This document shows positions 22,705 to 34,402 of a stretch of DNA of 56,614 nt, piece by piece. Below the pieces are notes generated by a model, which saw nothing but the letters and a program-made list of their open reading frames with translations, searched no databases and had not been told where the DNA came from. The stretch comes from Phoronis australis (Eukaryota; Animalia; Phoronida). Numbering within the stretch: position 1 is the first letter of the stretch; the number at the start of each line of letters is the position of its first letter. The position numbers and the translations under genes were made by a program. The DNA lies in NCBI GenBank assembly GCA_002633005.1, contig NMRA01000063.1:887890-944503 (forward strand), given 5' to 3'.

Positions 22705-23842
22705 GGGTGCGCGGTCAGTGACAAAGTGAAGCTGAAAACCAGTTGAAACAACAAGAGTTAAGTATCTAGCAGTGCTCGTCACTCTCACATTTTGATTGTT
22801 GACATTGTGTTTGTTGCATTAAAGGGGCAATTCTTCTAAACAAATTGTCGCTTTTTCTTAAGGTAACAGCATATGATTTACAGTGTAAATATGTGTCACT
22901 TAGTAGAGCTGCATATATGTTGAGAGTACTGTTATTACTACCTCACTGTTGTCGTGGCAACAAGATTGGGAACTGATTTTCCATTCAAAGGAATCAATGA
23001 TTAATGTTATTTATTAATTTATCTTAAGCGAAAGGTTTTGCATTCAATTTTACCTGTGTTGGGTTGCCGCAGTGATAAGTAGGTGAAATCTTTTAAATTT
23101 TACATCATCTACCTATTTGGCTCAGTTTTGTATGCTTATCATGATAAGGACAAAAGAATCCAGTGCATGCATGAATAATGATAACATCTTGAATAATGAG
23201 GAATGACACCTTCAGCTTCTCTTTTTTACTGATCGTATTTTGGTAAAGTTGGTTTTTAGTCATAGCAGTATACTAAACTATTAACACTCAATGAAGTTGG
23301 GAGTTTATGCGGAAATGCTGATTGTTAATTTTTAGATACTGTATCCTGACATGTAGTGCTGTACAGTACAAATGTATTTTTTTATTATTTTAGCTTCAAA
23401 TGTTGCAAATTTTTGTAGAAATTTGGGCTAGGAAGATGATTCATGTTATTTTTACTCAAAGCAGCTGCAAACCCGCATTCTGTCTAATAGCATTTGATTT
23501 ATACACCCACTATTATAAAATTGCCTGCATTCCATAATTGCCGTTTACACTTACAAAATTGACATGGATCAGCTGACACACAACTAGTTGTTCCAGTGTG
23601 TAAACGGACTGACACGAAGCAAATTGACACCGCAGTGACAAATTTTTGCCACCCGTTTGTGAGGTAGAGCAATTATTTTCACCTGAACATCTTGCGCCGT
23701 GTCAATTATAAGTCTAAATGCGAAACTGGAGCAAGGCAGAAAGGATCATCTCTACTGCGCTTGTGCAATGCTACATATGGGTTCTTTGTTTCTGCAACTC
23801 TCGTCCTAGTGATCATTTTTGTTGGCGATAAGTATTCCCACT

Positions 23843-24428
23843 CTCACTGGTTCCCTGCGTGCTTAACCCAGCCAGCACGCAGGTATCACGCAGTGGCACG
23901 CGGTCTAGCATTGGTCGATATAACCTCGGCAGTCATTGGTTAGCTTTACAACACAGTGAAAAATGGCGAACTGTGAACGATGTTTAGCCTAATCATGTAA
24001 GTGGCGTTGCAGCAACTATTTCATTTCTGCAGAGATGTTTAATAGCCGCATGCTTGAAGCACATACATGTACAATAAACACATATCTGGCCGATGTAACC
24101 GGCGTGTTATTCATACTGTACGAATACAGGACACTATCGTAAACAAAAGTGATCGACAGTAGAAAGATGCATTCTGAAAAGGGGCAATCACAATGGCTTC
24201 ACATTTCCTGAACATAGATTTTAAGCACCGATTTGTCTGTACAACAGACCACATGTGCACTTCAGTCCATCTGTCATGCCAGTTTGTTTGCATAAAGCGC
24301 TGCCTGTTGAGAATTCGACTAGCCAATCAAAAACGCCGGTGTAAAAAATTTCCCGAGGAAAATTAAATGATACCTGCGTGCTGGCGCGGCTACCGCCCCA
24401 CCTAGTGGCTTTGCAGGGAACCAGCGAG
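23843..24428. mobile_element. MITE family B, copy 1
   Basis: TIRs ctcactggttccctgc...gcacgcaggtatca / tgatacctgcgtgc...gcagggaaccagcgag; flanked by attcccact / attcctact (possible 8-9 bp TSD); homologous to 42791-43326 in inverted orientation. Confidence 0.75.
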
Positions 24429-24692
24429 ATTCCTACTGAGGAGAGTATTGCTGGATTGCTTTGCACCTCCTTTAGGCTATTGTTTTCAAGCGTTGTTTCA
24501 TTTAGTGGTAATGTATAAGATAAGGTTCATTCCCATGGATCTGCTCTATGTGTGATGCTTGTAGTGGGTGCATATCATTGCTTTACATTGCTGTTGCTGG
24601 TTTCGCAAAGAACTGAAATTTTGTTATTTGTTCGGTGAATAAAATTACACGCCTTGATGGGTCAACTTGAAGAGCCTGGTCTCGAGCAATTA

Positions 24693-26010
24693 AGGCGAAG
24701 GAAACCTTTTTTCATGTCAGTTTTAGCAAAAGTAAGGTTCGTTGATTATCCCAGACACATTTTTCACTTAATTACAGCTTTTCGTAATTTGCTTAATTTT
24801 TCGTCCTCTACTCCGGAAGTGACGTTTTGGGAGGCAAGAGTTTCGCGCCAATTTCTTTTCATTATAGTCTGACTGTGAGAGCTGTCGAGTCAGTCATTGT
24901 TCTACCTCGGTTGTGATAAGTTCGGTCGTCGTTTGCTTTTGTTTACGAGTCAGTCAACATGCCACGCTTCGTGCCGGGATGTACTCATTATCGTCTCACA
25001 CGCGCTTTGGGTACCTTGCATCGCTTTCCGAAGGATGACACACTTTGCCGTACTTGGCTTGCGCGTTCATGTGAAGAACGCAGCGGTACTCGTCCACGCA
25101 ACGTACAAAGCAGTGGAGGGTTACCGAGTGTGTGGCAAGCATTTTCCGCCGTCAGATTACGACAGAGATATGTACGCTGAATTGATGAAGGTCCTTGTGA
25201 AACAACGCCTGAAGAAGGGTACCACGTCGCTGTTGATTCCCGGCAGTGCCCCATCGCCAACCCCGACAAGTGTGTTTTTGAAGCGAGAAGCCTCGCGAGC
25301 TGTGGTCACTGTATGCAGTGACTGGTGGCGCTTCATCTACTGTCACTTGTGCCTCCGAATGTACCCCATAGCGTGCAATTCCGGGAACTAGCAGTGATTC
25401 ACCCCTGTGCTGTTGTCTCTAGCCCAGAGCCTGTAAGCAGCCCTGCAGTGATGTTGAGTAGTGGGAGTGAGGCCCTGTTCGACACCCAGTGAAGAGGACA
25501 GTTCGTCATCCAATGAACAGATCGGTGAGCCTAAGTTTCATGAGTTTATTGTGGACTTGTATTGGAGCTATTTAGAAGGTGCCAGGTGTGTGGCGAGGGA
25601 GTCACACGGTGGGATTAGAGCAGTTTGGGTGCTCATATCACCCTCCAGTGGAAGTGTGTCGCTGGACACTCAGGCAAGTGGGACAGTTCTTCCTCTGTAC
25701 GTGAGACGATAATGAGTACGCAGCAACAGCGTGGCATGTTGACTGACTCGTAAGCAAAAGCAAACGACAACCGAACTTATCACATCTGAGGTGGAACAAT
25801 GACTGACTGGACTGCTCTCACAGTCAGACTATATGAGAAGAAATTGGCGCGAAATTCTTGCCTCCCAAAACGTCACTTCCGGAGTAGACGACGAGTAATT
25901 TTAATTAAAATTAAATTACGAAAAGCTGTAAATAAGTGAAAAATATGTCTGGAATAATCAACGAACCTTATTTTTGCTAAAAATGACATGAAAAAAGATT
26001 GCCTTCGCCT
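24693..26010 (+). mobile_element. Kolobok fold-back derivative, copy 1 (both ends are the transposase-side end; frameshifted THAP fragment)
   Basis: AGGCGAAGG...CCTTCGCCT|TTAA; ~310-bp inverted arms; ATG at 24959 begins the THAP remnant (VPGCTHY...HRFPKD...W...VCGKHF...PS) with frameshifts. Confidence 0.88.
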
Positions 26011-28694
26011 TTAATGAACTTCAAGCTCAGAAAACACACCAGGTCCTGCCTCAGGAGATCATTTTGATAACAGTAAGTGGCTTAAATCATATCTTGTTTT
26101 TTGTGTAGCAAAGCGGGTTTATAGCTGCTTTAAGAATGTTTACTGTAGCATCTGACCTGAAGGTGGCAGGCACTCCATGTTTGCAATTAAACTTCTCACT
26201 CTGCGTTAAATTTGCTGATTAAAATTTCTTGTTCTTTAAGTGCTTAAACCACCATTCACCTTACTTGAAGACTTGCTTGGAAACTTTGGCGGTTTTCATG
26301 GAAAAAATTGTAAACCTATTATGAAAACTGGTGTATTTTGAGAAGATAAAGTAGGACACATAAACTCAACATGTGTTCAATGAAATGCTTTGAGTTGCTC
26401 ATTCAATCTTGTAGCCACCAAGGATATCACCTTTAGTTTTCAAGATCATTTTCCCCTTTTTCAATAAAAAAAATTATTCAGCGCATTTGTAATACCGGTA
26501 AATTCTTCTCAGTTTTATGTTGCTGTCACTATTTATTCCAAGCATGTGGGGTTAAAGTTCATGTAACAAAGGGTGTTTTCTGCTTCCATCTCTTTTATAA
26601 TGGAACTGAACGTGTTGTGTGCTATTGAATCCAGTAGGAATGTTGGAACTTACCTATTGGTGGCAGTAAATCTGTCTTGTTAATTCATGTTCATGTTGCC
26701 ATAGATATTTACTTAATTAATGTAAGAAACCAAGGAGTACAAATACTTTGTAATTATTTAGCCTTTTACAAACATGTTGTAAGTCTTCATGTAACTAGTT
26801 GTGCAACAGTTAATAAAATTTATGTCATTTTTGCTTCACTTGATGAATTTGATATTTCAATAACAAAGGTGCGAAAGAAGTATTTTTACTAAAATGTAGA
26901 GGCCCGGGTTACCCCGTACTTCCTACTCACCAAAGTAAACTAAGGTAGTGTAGTACTTGATACTGTCTGCACTCGTCACCATCACAAGTGTGTGATGAAT
27001 AGGTTATTACACGTGCCTAGTCCTAGCTAAGGCCTCTAGCTCTGGCAAACGGTTACAAATAAAATAAATTGGTGGGTGCTTACAAAATATGTTGATACTA
27101 CTTAGTTATCCCTCTGCATATGTATAGTACATGTAGTAGCGTGAAAACTCACCAACTTGGGACACATTATGGCAGACAATGGAAATTATTTTAGTTTTTA
27201 GCACCAAATAACTGTTTCAGGTAGCATTTTAAAAAATGCAGACATTCACAACTTAAAATCTAAGAAGCCTGAAAAATGAGATAATCTGGTCAATTATATT
27301 TCATTGTCCAAAATTGGTGAGCTTATATGGCAGTTTCTGCCTGCGCTTCACTTGTCTGATATTAGCATGGAAACCACACCAATCACGTATATGTCAACTT
27401 TGAAAATAACGTTCTTGTCTGGCTTAACTCTCCAGGCTGCTTTTAGAAATTGAGAAATTATCAGGGTGGGCATAAAGCTGATCACTGTGGGATGGGTGAA
27501 AATTGAACACGGGCGTTAATCAGGATGAAAACGGTAAAAGAATTCGATCGTGATTATCGTATATTTAGTTAAATTTAAAATTTGACTAATAAAAGCTGGT
27601 AAGATAGTACTCAAAATATCAACGCAAAGAGGGTCACGAAGTTTTCCTAAAATGTTGGGCGAGCGTTTACCCAAGCTGCCGATTGTTTAATATGTAAGAC
27701 ACATCACGTGCATGTAAGTTGTGTGCACTTTGGGAAGTGAACGGGCACTAGGATCTGCTACTAAAGGAATCAAAAACTTGGTTTGCATGAATCTAGGAAC
27801 CAGTAAGATTGGTTCCTAGTACAACTCTCAGACCACTAGCGGTCTCGGTGCGATGGCTTTTAAAAAGGGAGGGATGTGTTATCCCAAACAAGTGTAGAAA
27901 CTGACGGCAATGGCTTGCTACAAGAGCAACACTCGGTGGTTCTCGGCTGATTTCAACTTATAGTAAAAAACATTACTTCAGTGAGATTTAATGAAATTCT
28001 TCGTGATCATTCAAATTGCCATCATTCATTAGTGTTATGGTTTGAGAAACTGACACGACATCGGTGTGGCGAAAAGTGAAATGTCTAAAAGTAGTCCAGG
28101 CTAATGTTTTCTATGGAAATATCGGGCTAGCTACCCGAACAATATGTTCCGCTCTTACAAACGTAGGTCCTAACCATGGGCAGCGCATCATAGTGGGCTG
28201 TGGGCTATAGCCAAACAGCACTGGTCAGACTAACACAACGCAAGCCCCTAGCCAGCATTGAGCGGGCGGTGGTGCTTCGAATTTCTAGACCGGTGGACCT
28301 TCGATATTTTGCAAACGACACAGTGGAGTGTTCAATAAGGCCCTTGACGCAGCTTAATTCAGCAGAGGAAGGGAATGTATACGCGACGGTGACTATGTTC
28401 CTGAGATGGTTGAGAGGCGGAACAAGTAATTCCAGAAATGAGGATGCGTGGCGGTTGCTCACAAAGAACGGGACACAAATTCGGATATAATGTGGTCCAG
28501 CAAGTGAACGTTCAGACCTCTCGTTACCTCCTGCCAAAATTTGAAATCAGTCATGCTTAAATGAGTGAATGCACCTCACTATGTGCTCGAACGGAAATAT
28601 GGAGTTTCGTCGGAGAATGTCTTGACGAAGTTGTTTATCTTGTATTTTTCGCGTTACTAGAGTTTCTTACATCGCTGGAAATGGGAACAGCCCC

Positions 28695-30055
28695 GCACTA
28701 TTTCGACGAAGGTTTACTACTCCCGGAAGTTTACTTCGAAGATTCTTAACTCCGAAGATTCACTGCTCCGAAAATATCTAAACTTTCAGACTCAGGTGTA
28801 ATTTTTATACTTTTACATGCAAAAATAAACGATTCTTCGGTTATTAGATGCACCTAGGGCCTATATTGAAAACAGAACGCCCAGGTACTAAACCTCTTTG
28901 TTTCATGTAGACAGTGACCACTGTCGAGAGCTGGCCAGTACAACTAGAGACGGTGGTCACTGCCCTAGATTCATTTTCAATGTTCAGATGCGAAATTGCC
29001 GGCATGTCTTAACACGGAAAAATGAGTATGCGTTTGCATTTTTGAAAGAATATAAAGTAGGAATATTGACGGATTAAAAACCATGGTACATTCATTGAAA
29101 TCCATGCCAATGTAGGTAAAGTTGGGAACCCTGTCCCTGCTCGAAGTCAGGGAGTCGATCCATTCAGTCTTTTTAAATTTAAAACCGTCGTTGGCCGCCG
29201 CCGCCCTGACCCCATGGGCGGCGCAGCAAAGAAATAAGTGGGGGGCTATAGCCCCCCCCAGCCTCCTTGAGGTGCGAGCCAACCATGCCCATGGCAGTGG
29301 CGGATCTAGGATATCACAAGGGGGGGGGGCCCAACATTTTGTCCAGCTGTAAGCATTTGCGCAAACTGAACCACGATTATAGATGCGCATAGCACCGAAT
29401 GGGGGGAGGTCGGGAGGGTGGTTTTCCCCCCTCCCGCCCTGGAAATTTTTCTGTTTTTACCTCTAAAAAGCAAGCATTTTCCTTGATTCCTGAAGTATTA
29501 TTCAAGAAAAAAGGCAATAAAAAAAAAAAAAATTGTGTCTTACAGACTCAAACTCACGACCTGAGGCATAACGCGGGCGTGCGTAACCACTACACCACCA
29601 CAACTTAACTGCGTTTTTGTTGCAAAAAGACCTACTCGTTTATGGTCCACAGCGTTTGCGCGCGAAACCTACTTCTTTTCGTAATGCTTATTATACGTTT
29701 TGTGCCATCGATTCTTAACAAATTTGTCGTATTTAAAATAGTCTTCAAATGCCCAAANTGGGCCCCCCCTAAATCCGCCTATGCATGGGCAGCGCAGCAT
29801 TGAAATAAGTGGGGGACTATAGCCCTCCAACTCGGCCCCTAAAGGTGCGTCGCCCATCGACCCAGGCCCCAGATGCTGTCCCTGTATGCTTTCAGAATGA
29901 GTCGTGAGCAGACAACCAGAGTGATGAACTGTTGAAGTCACGGTTCTGATTTTGGAATTGGGGAAGATTCGAATTAGGCCTACTTTACTGAATTTTCGAA
30001 GGTAGCGAACCTTCGGAGTCATAGTTAGCTCGGAGCAGTGGACCCCTTCAGCATA
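28695..30055. mobile_element. Old TIR element with CTCCGAA subterminal repeats, hosting nested MITEs
   Basis: Repeated ctccgaa/ttcgaa and cactgctccga on the left; ttcggag and ctcggagcagtgg on the right; boundaries approximate. Confidence 0.45.
29295..29783. mobile_element. hAT-like MITE family C, copy 1
   Basis: CAGTGGCGGATCTAGG...CCTAAATCCGCCTATG termini; first ~310 bp match 43327-43638; single N at 29758. Confidence 0.72.
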
Positions 30056-30524
30056 GGCCAACATGTATTGACATGTAACCTTGGAAATCTTTTCCATCAA
30101 GTTTGTTGATCGTATGAAGTATGCAGGACAGTGCACCATGGACACTGATTGACAAGAGAAGAGTGGACTTTTTCTTTATTGACCAAAGTTGAGGTATAGG
30201 CCTTCTTTTCCCTAGTCGGTGAAAATGGTTGACGGGGTTTTCTCAGGTGCAAGAAAAGACTTTAGTTGAATGTCTGATCTTGGAGCACGGGATCGAGGAT
30301 TGCCTGTAGTGAACTTACAGTCAGCGTGTACTGAATTTAAAAGAACGGAAACGCACACACGTGTACACGCATGCACGTTAATCCACCAATCCACAATCAG
30401 AGTGGACACTGGATGAACATATTTGCCGATCACTTTCAATTCAAAATTTCAAACTACCTTCACTTTACCGGTCGTAGGCCTACTATGCTAGCAATTAAAC
30501 CAAAACAGCAGAATAACAAATTAC

Positions 30525-31730
30525 AAACTAGAAAGATTATAGTCATGGCGTGACAATAACCGACTCTGCGCGTGCGTATTACTGGAATTATTATGGGAAG
30601 TTACTGATAGCAACCCGTTTACCAATATGGAAAGGAATTCTTTAAAATTGTAGGAGAGATTACACTAATTGACCTCTTCCGGTGCATTATGAGCCCCGAT
30701 GAGGGAGTAATTGTTAACTCGATTAAAAGTGTGGTTAATGCTAAAAATCACAGATGTTTTACTTTTAGCACTTCAGAATACAAGATGAATGAATTGGTCA
30801 AACTTTCAGAAGAAAAATGCACCTAATGACCCCATGGGTGCACCAAATGACCTGAAAATTTAGAATTCAAACTCAATTGCACTTAGTAAACAGATATGTA
30901 AATTTGAAGCCTCTAGCTCAAAATTTTAGTTTGCACTCAATGACATTTGACCTATTTTTTCTGATTGTTCAAGTAGACCTATTGCGTAGTAAAGTAGGAT
31001 ATTCAATTTGCCTTTTGACTTACACCAGTGTGCTGAAATAGAAAAGAATTCCTTGAAAAATGTAGGAGATATAGCATTTTGAACAGATGACCTTTGCACT
31101 AATTGACCCTATCCGGTGCATTATAAGCGTCTTTAGGAGAATTATTGCAAAGCCCGTGAAAAGTGTGTTTAATGCTGAGAATCACAGTTGTCTAACGGTT
31201 GACACATCAGACTACTTGGTGAATGAAAAGGTCAAGTTTTCAGAAGAAAAATGCACCTAATGACCCCATGTTTGCACTAAATGACCTGAAACTTTGGATT
31301 CCAAATTGAATTACCTGTGCCAATCAGACCTGTCAATTTGAAATGTCTAGCGCAAAATTTTAGTTTGCACCTAATGACCTTTGACCTATTTCACCTGATT
31401 GGATGACCCGATTACTTAGAAAAGTAATTTTTTAAATTGCCTTATACCTGTGGACCGAATTTGAAAAGAATAGCTTTAAAAATGAAGCATTTTGAAAATT
31501 ACATGACCTTTGCACCAAATGACCTCTTCCGGTGCAATATGGAATATGATTATATATCGAATCAAAATTTATGTTCTGCCAAAAATCACGTGCAGAATTT
31601 AAAGAACATACCTGCACGCATTTTGGATTATTAAGCCTCAAAGTTGGTCGGAAGAATTAGAAGAATAAAAACTAGAACGCAATTGCGTATGTGCACTTAC
31701 AACTCTGCGCGTGGTGTACGCACATGCAGA
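30525..31730 (-). mobile_element. HINE/DINE-1-like element, family D, with ~420-430-bp TGACC-rich tandem core
   Basis: AAACTAG end + stem-loop (ttatagtca-tggcg-tgacaataa) + subTIR tctgcgcgtgcgt; core repeats at ~30665, 31099 and 31515; (GAA)-rich tract; IR and subTIR acgcacatgcaga at ~31704-31730. Confidence 0.68.
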
Positions 31731-31770
31731 ATGGAGTGCAGGCGCTGACTGACAATGTACACGGCTTTCA

Positions 31771-31977
31771 CCATGTTGGTGGGTTTAGGCATAAGATGTT
31801 GAAGTGTTGAGTGCGTAAGCCATGTTTGTGGGTTTAGGCATGAGATGTTGAAGTGTTGAGTGCGTAAGCCATGTTTGTGGGTTTAGGCATGACATGTTGA
31901 AGTGTTGAGTGCGTAAGCCATGTTTGTGGGTTTAGGCATGAGATGTTGAAGTGTTGAGTGCGTAAGCCATGTTTGTG
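31771..31977. repeat. 49-bp minisatellite
   Basis: ~4.2 near-perfect units of ccatgtttgtgggtttaggcatgagatgttgaagtgttgagtgcgtaag. Confidence 0.93.
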
Positions 31978-32324
31978 ACTCGGGACAGTTTGGTGCTTGT
32001 TGAGCCGTCATCGAGTCACAGCACGAGTTAATGAATTAAAATTATACAGCTCGTACACTACGTTTGTAACGGAACTGTGTTGATGGGTGTAGGAAACGTG
32101 TTGTTTGGGTAGCCTGAATACGGAAAGATCTTGCGTTTAATATGGGATAACATACAATAGAATAACCATGACTTTTGGTTTGTTTATATTCTGTGCAACG
32201 TTAGCAAAATGAATACGATGTAATTGCACAGGTATTTGATGAATTTGAGACAGTTTATTTCATTTTAATAAATCAATCCTAAAAAACAAAGATAAGAATT
32301 AGAACTAGAAATAAACAAAAAAAA

Positions 32325-32330
32325 TTTATT
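32325..32330 (-). terminator. Candidate polyadenylation signal of the TGN38/KCT2-like gene (~1.9-kb 3' UTR)
   Basis: AATAAA on the - strand followed by a U/GU-rich tract; an alternative signal lies at 32530-32535. Confidence 0.45.
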
Positions 32331-32629
32331 CCAGTTATTCAAAAATAAGCATGCAACAGTAACCATTGTGAAAGCTTAGCACACTAATGGGATACTTTCA
32401 AGTAGCAATGTGGAGACTTATCACGTGGCACCAGTTACTATTGGCCTCAAGAGGACCACCTGACCAGTTCCATTGCTTCCTGATAATCAATGTTCCTATG
32501 ATGTTGTATGCCAACAGAATTGCCAACACTTTATTTATCAAGTGTGCCTTGAAAACAAATAATGTGCATGTTAACCCCTTTTAAAGAAACATAATGACAG
32601 ACACAAGTATTCTCACATTTGCATCCATG

Positions 32630-32691
32630 CACACACCACACACACACCCACACACACACACACCCACACACACACAGACATACCCAGGCAC

Positions 32692-32727
<36 letters not shown>
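32630..32727. repeat. Imperfect (CA)n microsatellite
   Basis: Seen directly; shorter (CA)n tracts at 658-679 and 1766-1810. Confidence 0.92.
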
Positions 32728-32730
<3 letters not shown>

Positions 32731-32906
32731 TACCTAATATATGTGTACGTGCAATGAAACTTGGAATGATATCATACCAGCAGTACTTCATGTCACCACC
32801 TTGAGCTCTGTATTGCCCAGACAACATATTCTAACAAGCAGAACATGACAAACAGCAATAAAACCCTTTGTATTCGTCAATCAATAATCTATTACCAACC
32901 CAAATC

Positions 32907-33178
32907 ACATGTTTCATTTGGACACTATTATTCCCTAGATGACACACATGTTTCATTTGGACACTAGTATTCCCTATATGACACACATGTTTCATTTGGA
33001 CACTAACATTCCCTATATGACACACATGTTTCATTTGGACACTAGTATTCCCTATATGACACACATGTTTCATTTGGACACTATTATTCCCTAGATGACA
33101 CACATGTTTCATTTGGACACTAGTATTCCCTATATGACACACATGTTTCATTTGGACACTATTATTCCCTAGATGACA
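32907..33178. repeat. 39-bp minisatellite in the putative 3' UTR
   Basis: 7 units of catgtttcatttggacactagtattccctatatgacaca. Confidence 0.93.
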
Positions 33179-33594
33179 CCAACCCTGTAGTTGCTTGTAC
33201 ATGATGATCACACCACTCACATGGATTAGACTAATTCCAAACCAAATAAGTATGTTGGAATCATTTGGAACATACTACTTAAAACATTATATTAATTTGT
33301 ACAACCAATTTAAAACTTACAACAAAAATTGCATAGCATGTTTCAACAAACAACAGGTTCACATAACTACAAAATAAAAATAAATAAGTCAAAAGATTTC
33401 AAAAGTTATCAAGCCTTGGCAATCTAAATAATCCGTCCAAATCAGATCGGCAAGTTTGATTTTCAGGTAAAACTACTACCACACTCAGCTCTACCAGCCT
33501 TATATGAATTCAGGATCATAGTCATATGGGTAGCAACAGCCTACAGACACTTAATACCATTACAAGTGTACAGCCAAGCAAGGGAGTCCAATGA

Positions 33595-34000
33595 CTGGTT
33601 GCATGAAACAGTCCCAAATAGGGACTCAACTAAGCTCCCTAACTCTTTTTGTGTATTTGTGTATTTATGGATTCACTTATGAAATGGTTTTCCATCATTT
33701 CATCTCATGACACTTTCTAATAATACAACTAAAATTGAGCGAGCCCAGAGTTCATTGAAAATAAATAGGCACTCAGTCCTTAAATTAGGGGTGTTGCATG
33801 AAAAGATGCCTAAATATTTTCGATAATATCAACAATTCAACGTAGAGTTCACTCTCAATTTGTATCAAAGTCAAAAGTTGACTTGATAATGAAATTAAAA
33901 CAATTTAAGAAAGAACAATCGATGTTTTCAAGTCCAAAAATATGCAGTAGATTTAGGGAACTTAGTTGAGTCCCTATTTGGTACTTTTTCATACAACCAG
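33595..34000. mobile_element. ~400-bp MITE with ~45-bp TIRs in the putative 3' UTR
   Basis: ctggttgcatgaaacagtcccaaatagggactcaactaagctccctaa pairs with ttagggaacttagttgagtccctatttggtactttttcatacaaccag. Confidence 0.8.
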
Positions 34001-34252
34001 GCCTCTGAATCTGCCACTGTAGATGTATAAAGTATTATGCTACAAGATTTGTGACCTGATGACACACCACTGGAATACAGAAGTGATGAAGCATTGAGGA
34101 AACCATTAAGCTATCCAGACGAGTGGAATGAATGAATCACATGAACAAGACAAGCCCTCTGTCTGCAGAGTCCCGCTTTTAAACAGTACAAAATAATAAT
34201 TCTATCACCAGCGCCCACCAGACATAGCAAACAAGTAAACAAATAATAGGTT

Positions 34253-34402
34253 TCAATAAATGTAGTTTTGTGTGGTCATGCTTTTCTTGTCCATAGGTAC
34301 GATCACATCATCCGTGTCTTGTTCCAGCTTGCTGTAACGCACCCTCTTGGAGCGCGACCCACCACCATGGCCATTACGACCTTCAACTATGAAGGCGAGA
34401 AT
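34253..34402 (-). CDS. TGN38/KCT2-like exon 4 (cytoplasmic tail ILAFIVEGR...RYSKLEQD...QNYIY*)
   Basis: ctgcag acceptor; TGA at 34255-34253; YxxL sorting motif. Confidence 0.9.
   Translation of the reverse strand: MLAFIVEGRNGHGGGSRSKRVRYSKLEQDTDDVIVPMDKKSMTTQNYIY

Noticed and set aside
22819-22920. TTAA-AGGGGCAATTC, a possible Kolobok left end after the HGSNAT stop
   Set aside because: No matching right end was found.
32831-33220. 129-aa ORF with 13-aa Cys/His repeats resembling a metal-binding protein
   Set aside because: It results from a 39-bp minisatellite that happens to lack stops, in the probable 3' UTR; there is no other coding evidence.
22704-34253. Functional clustering of a lysosomal enzyme with a TGN protein
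   Set aside because: Two convergent neighbours are not evidence of a co-regulated system without synteny or expression data.
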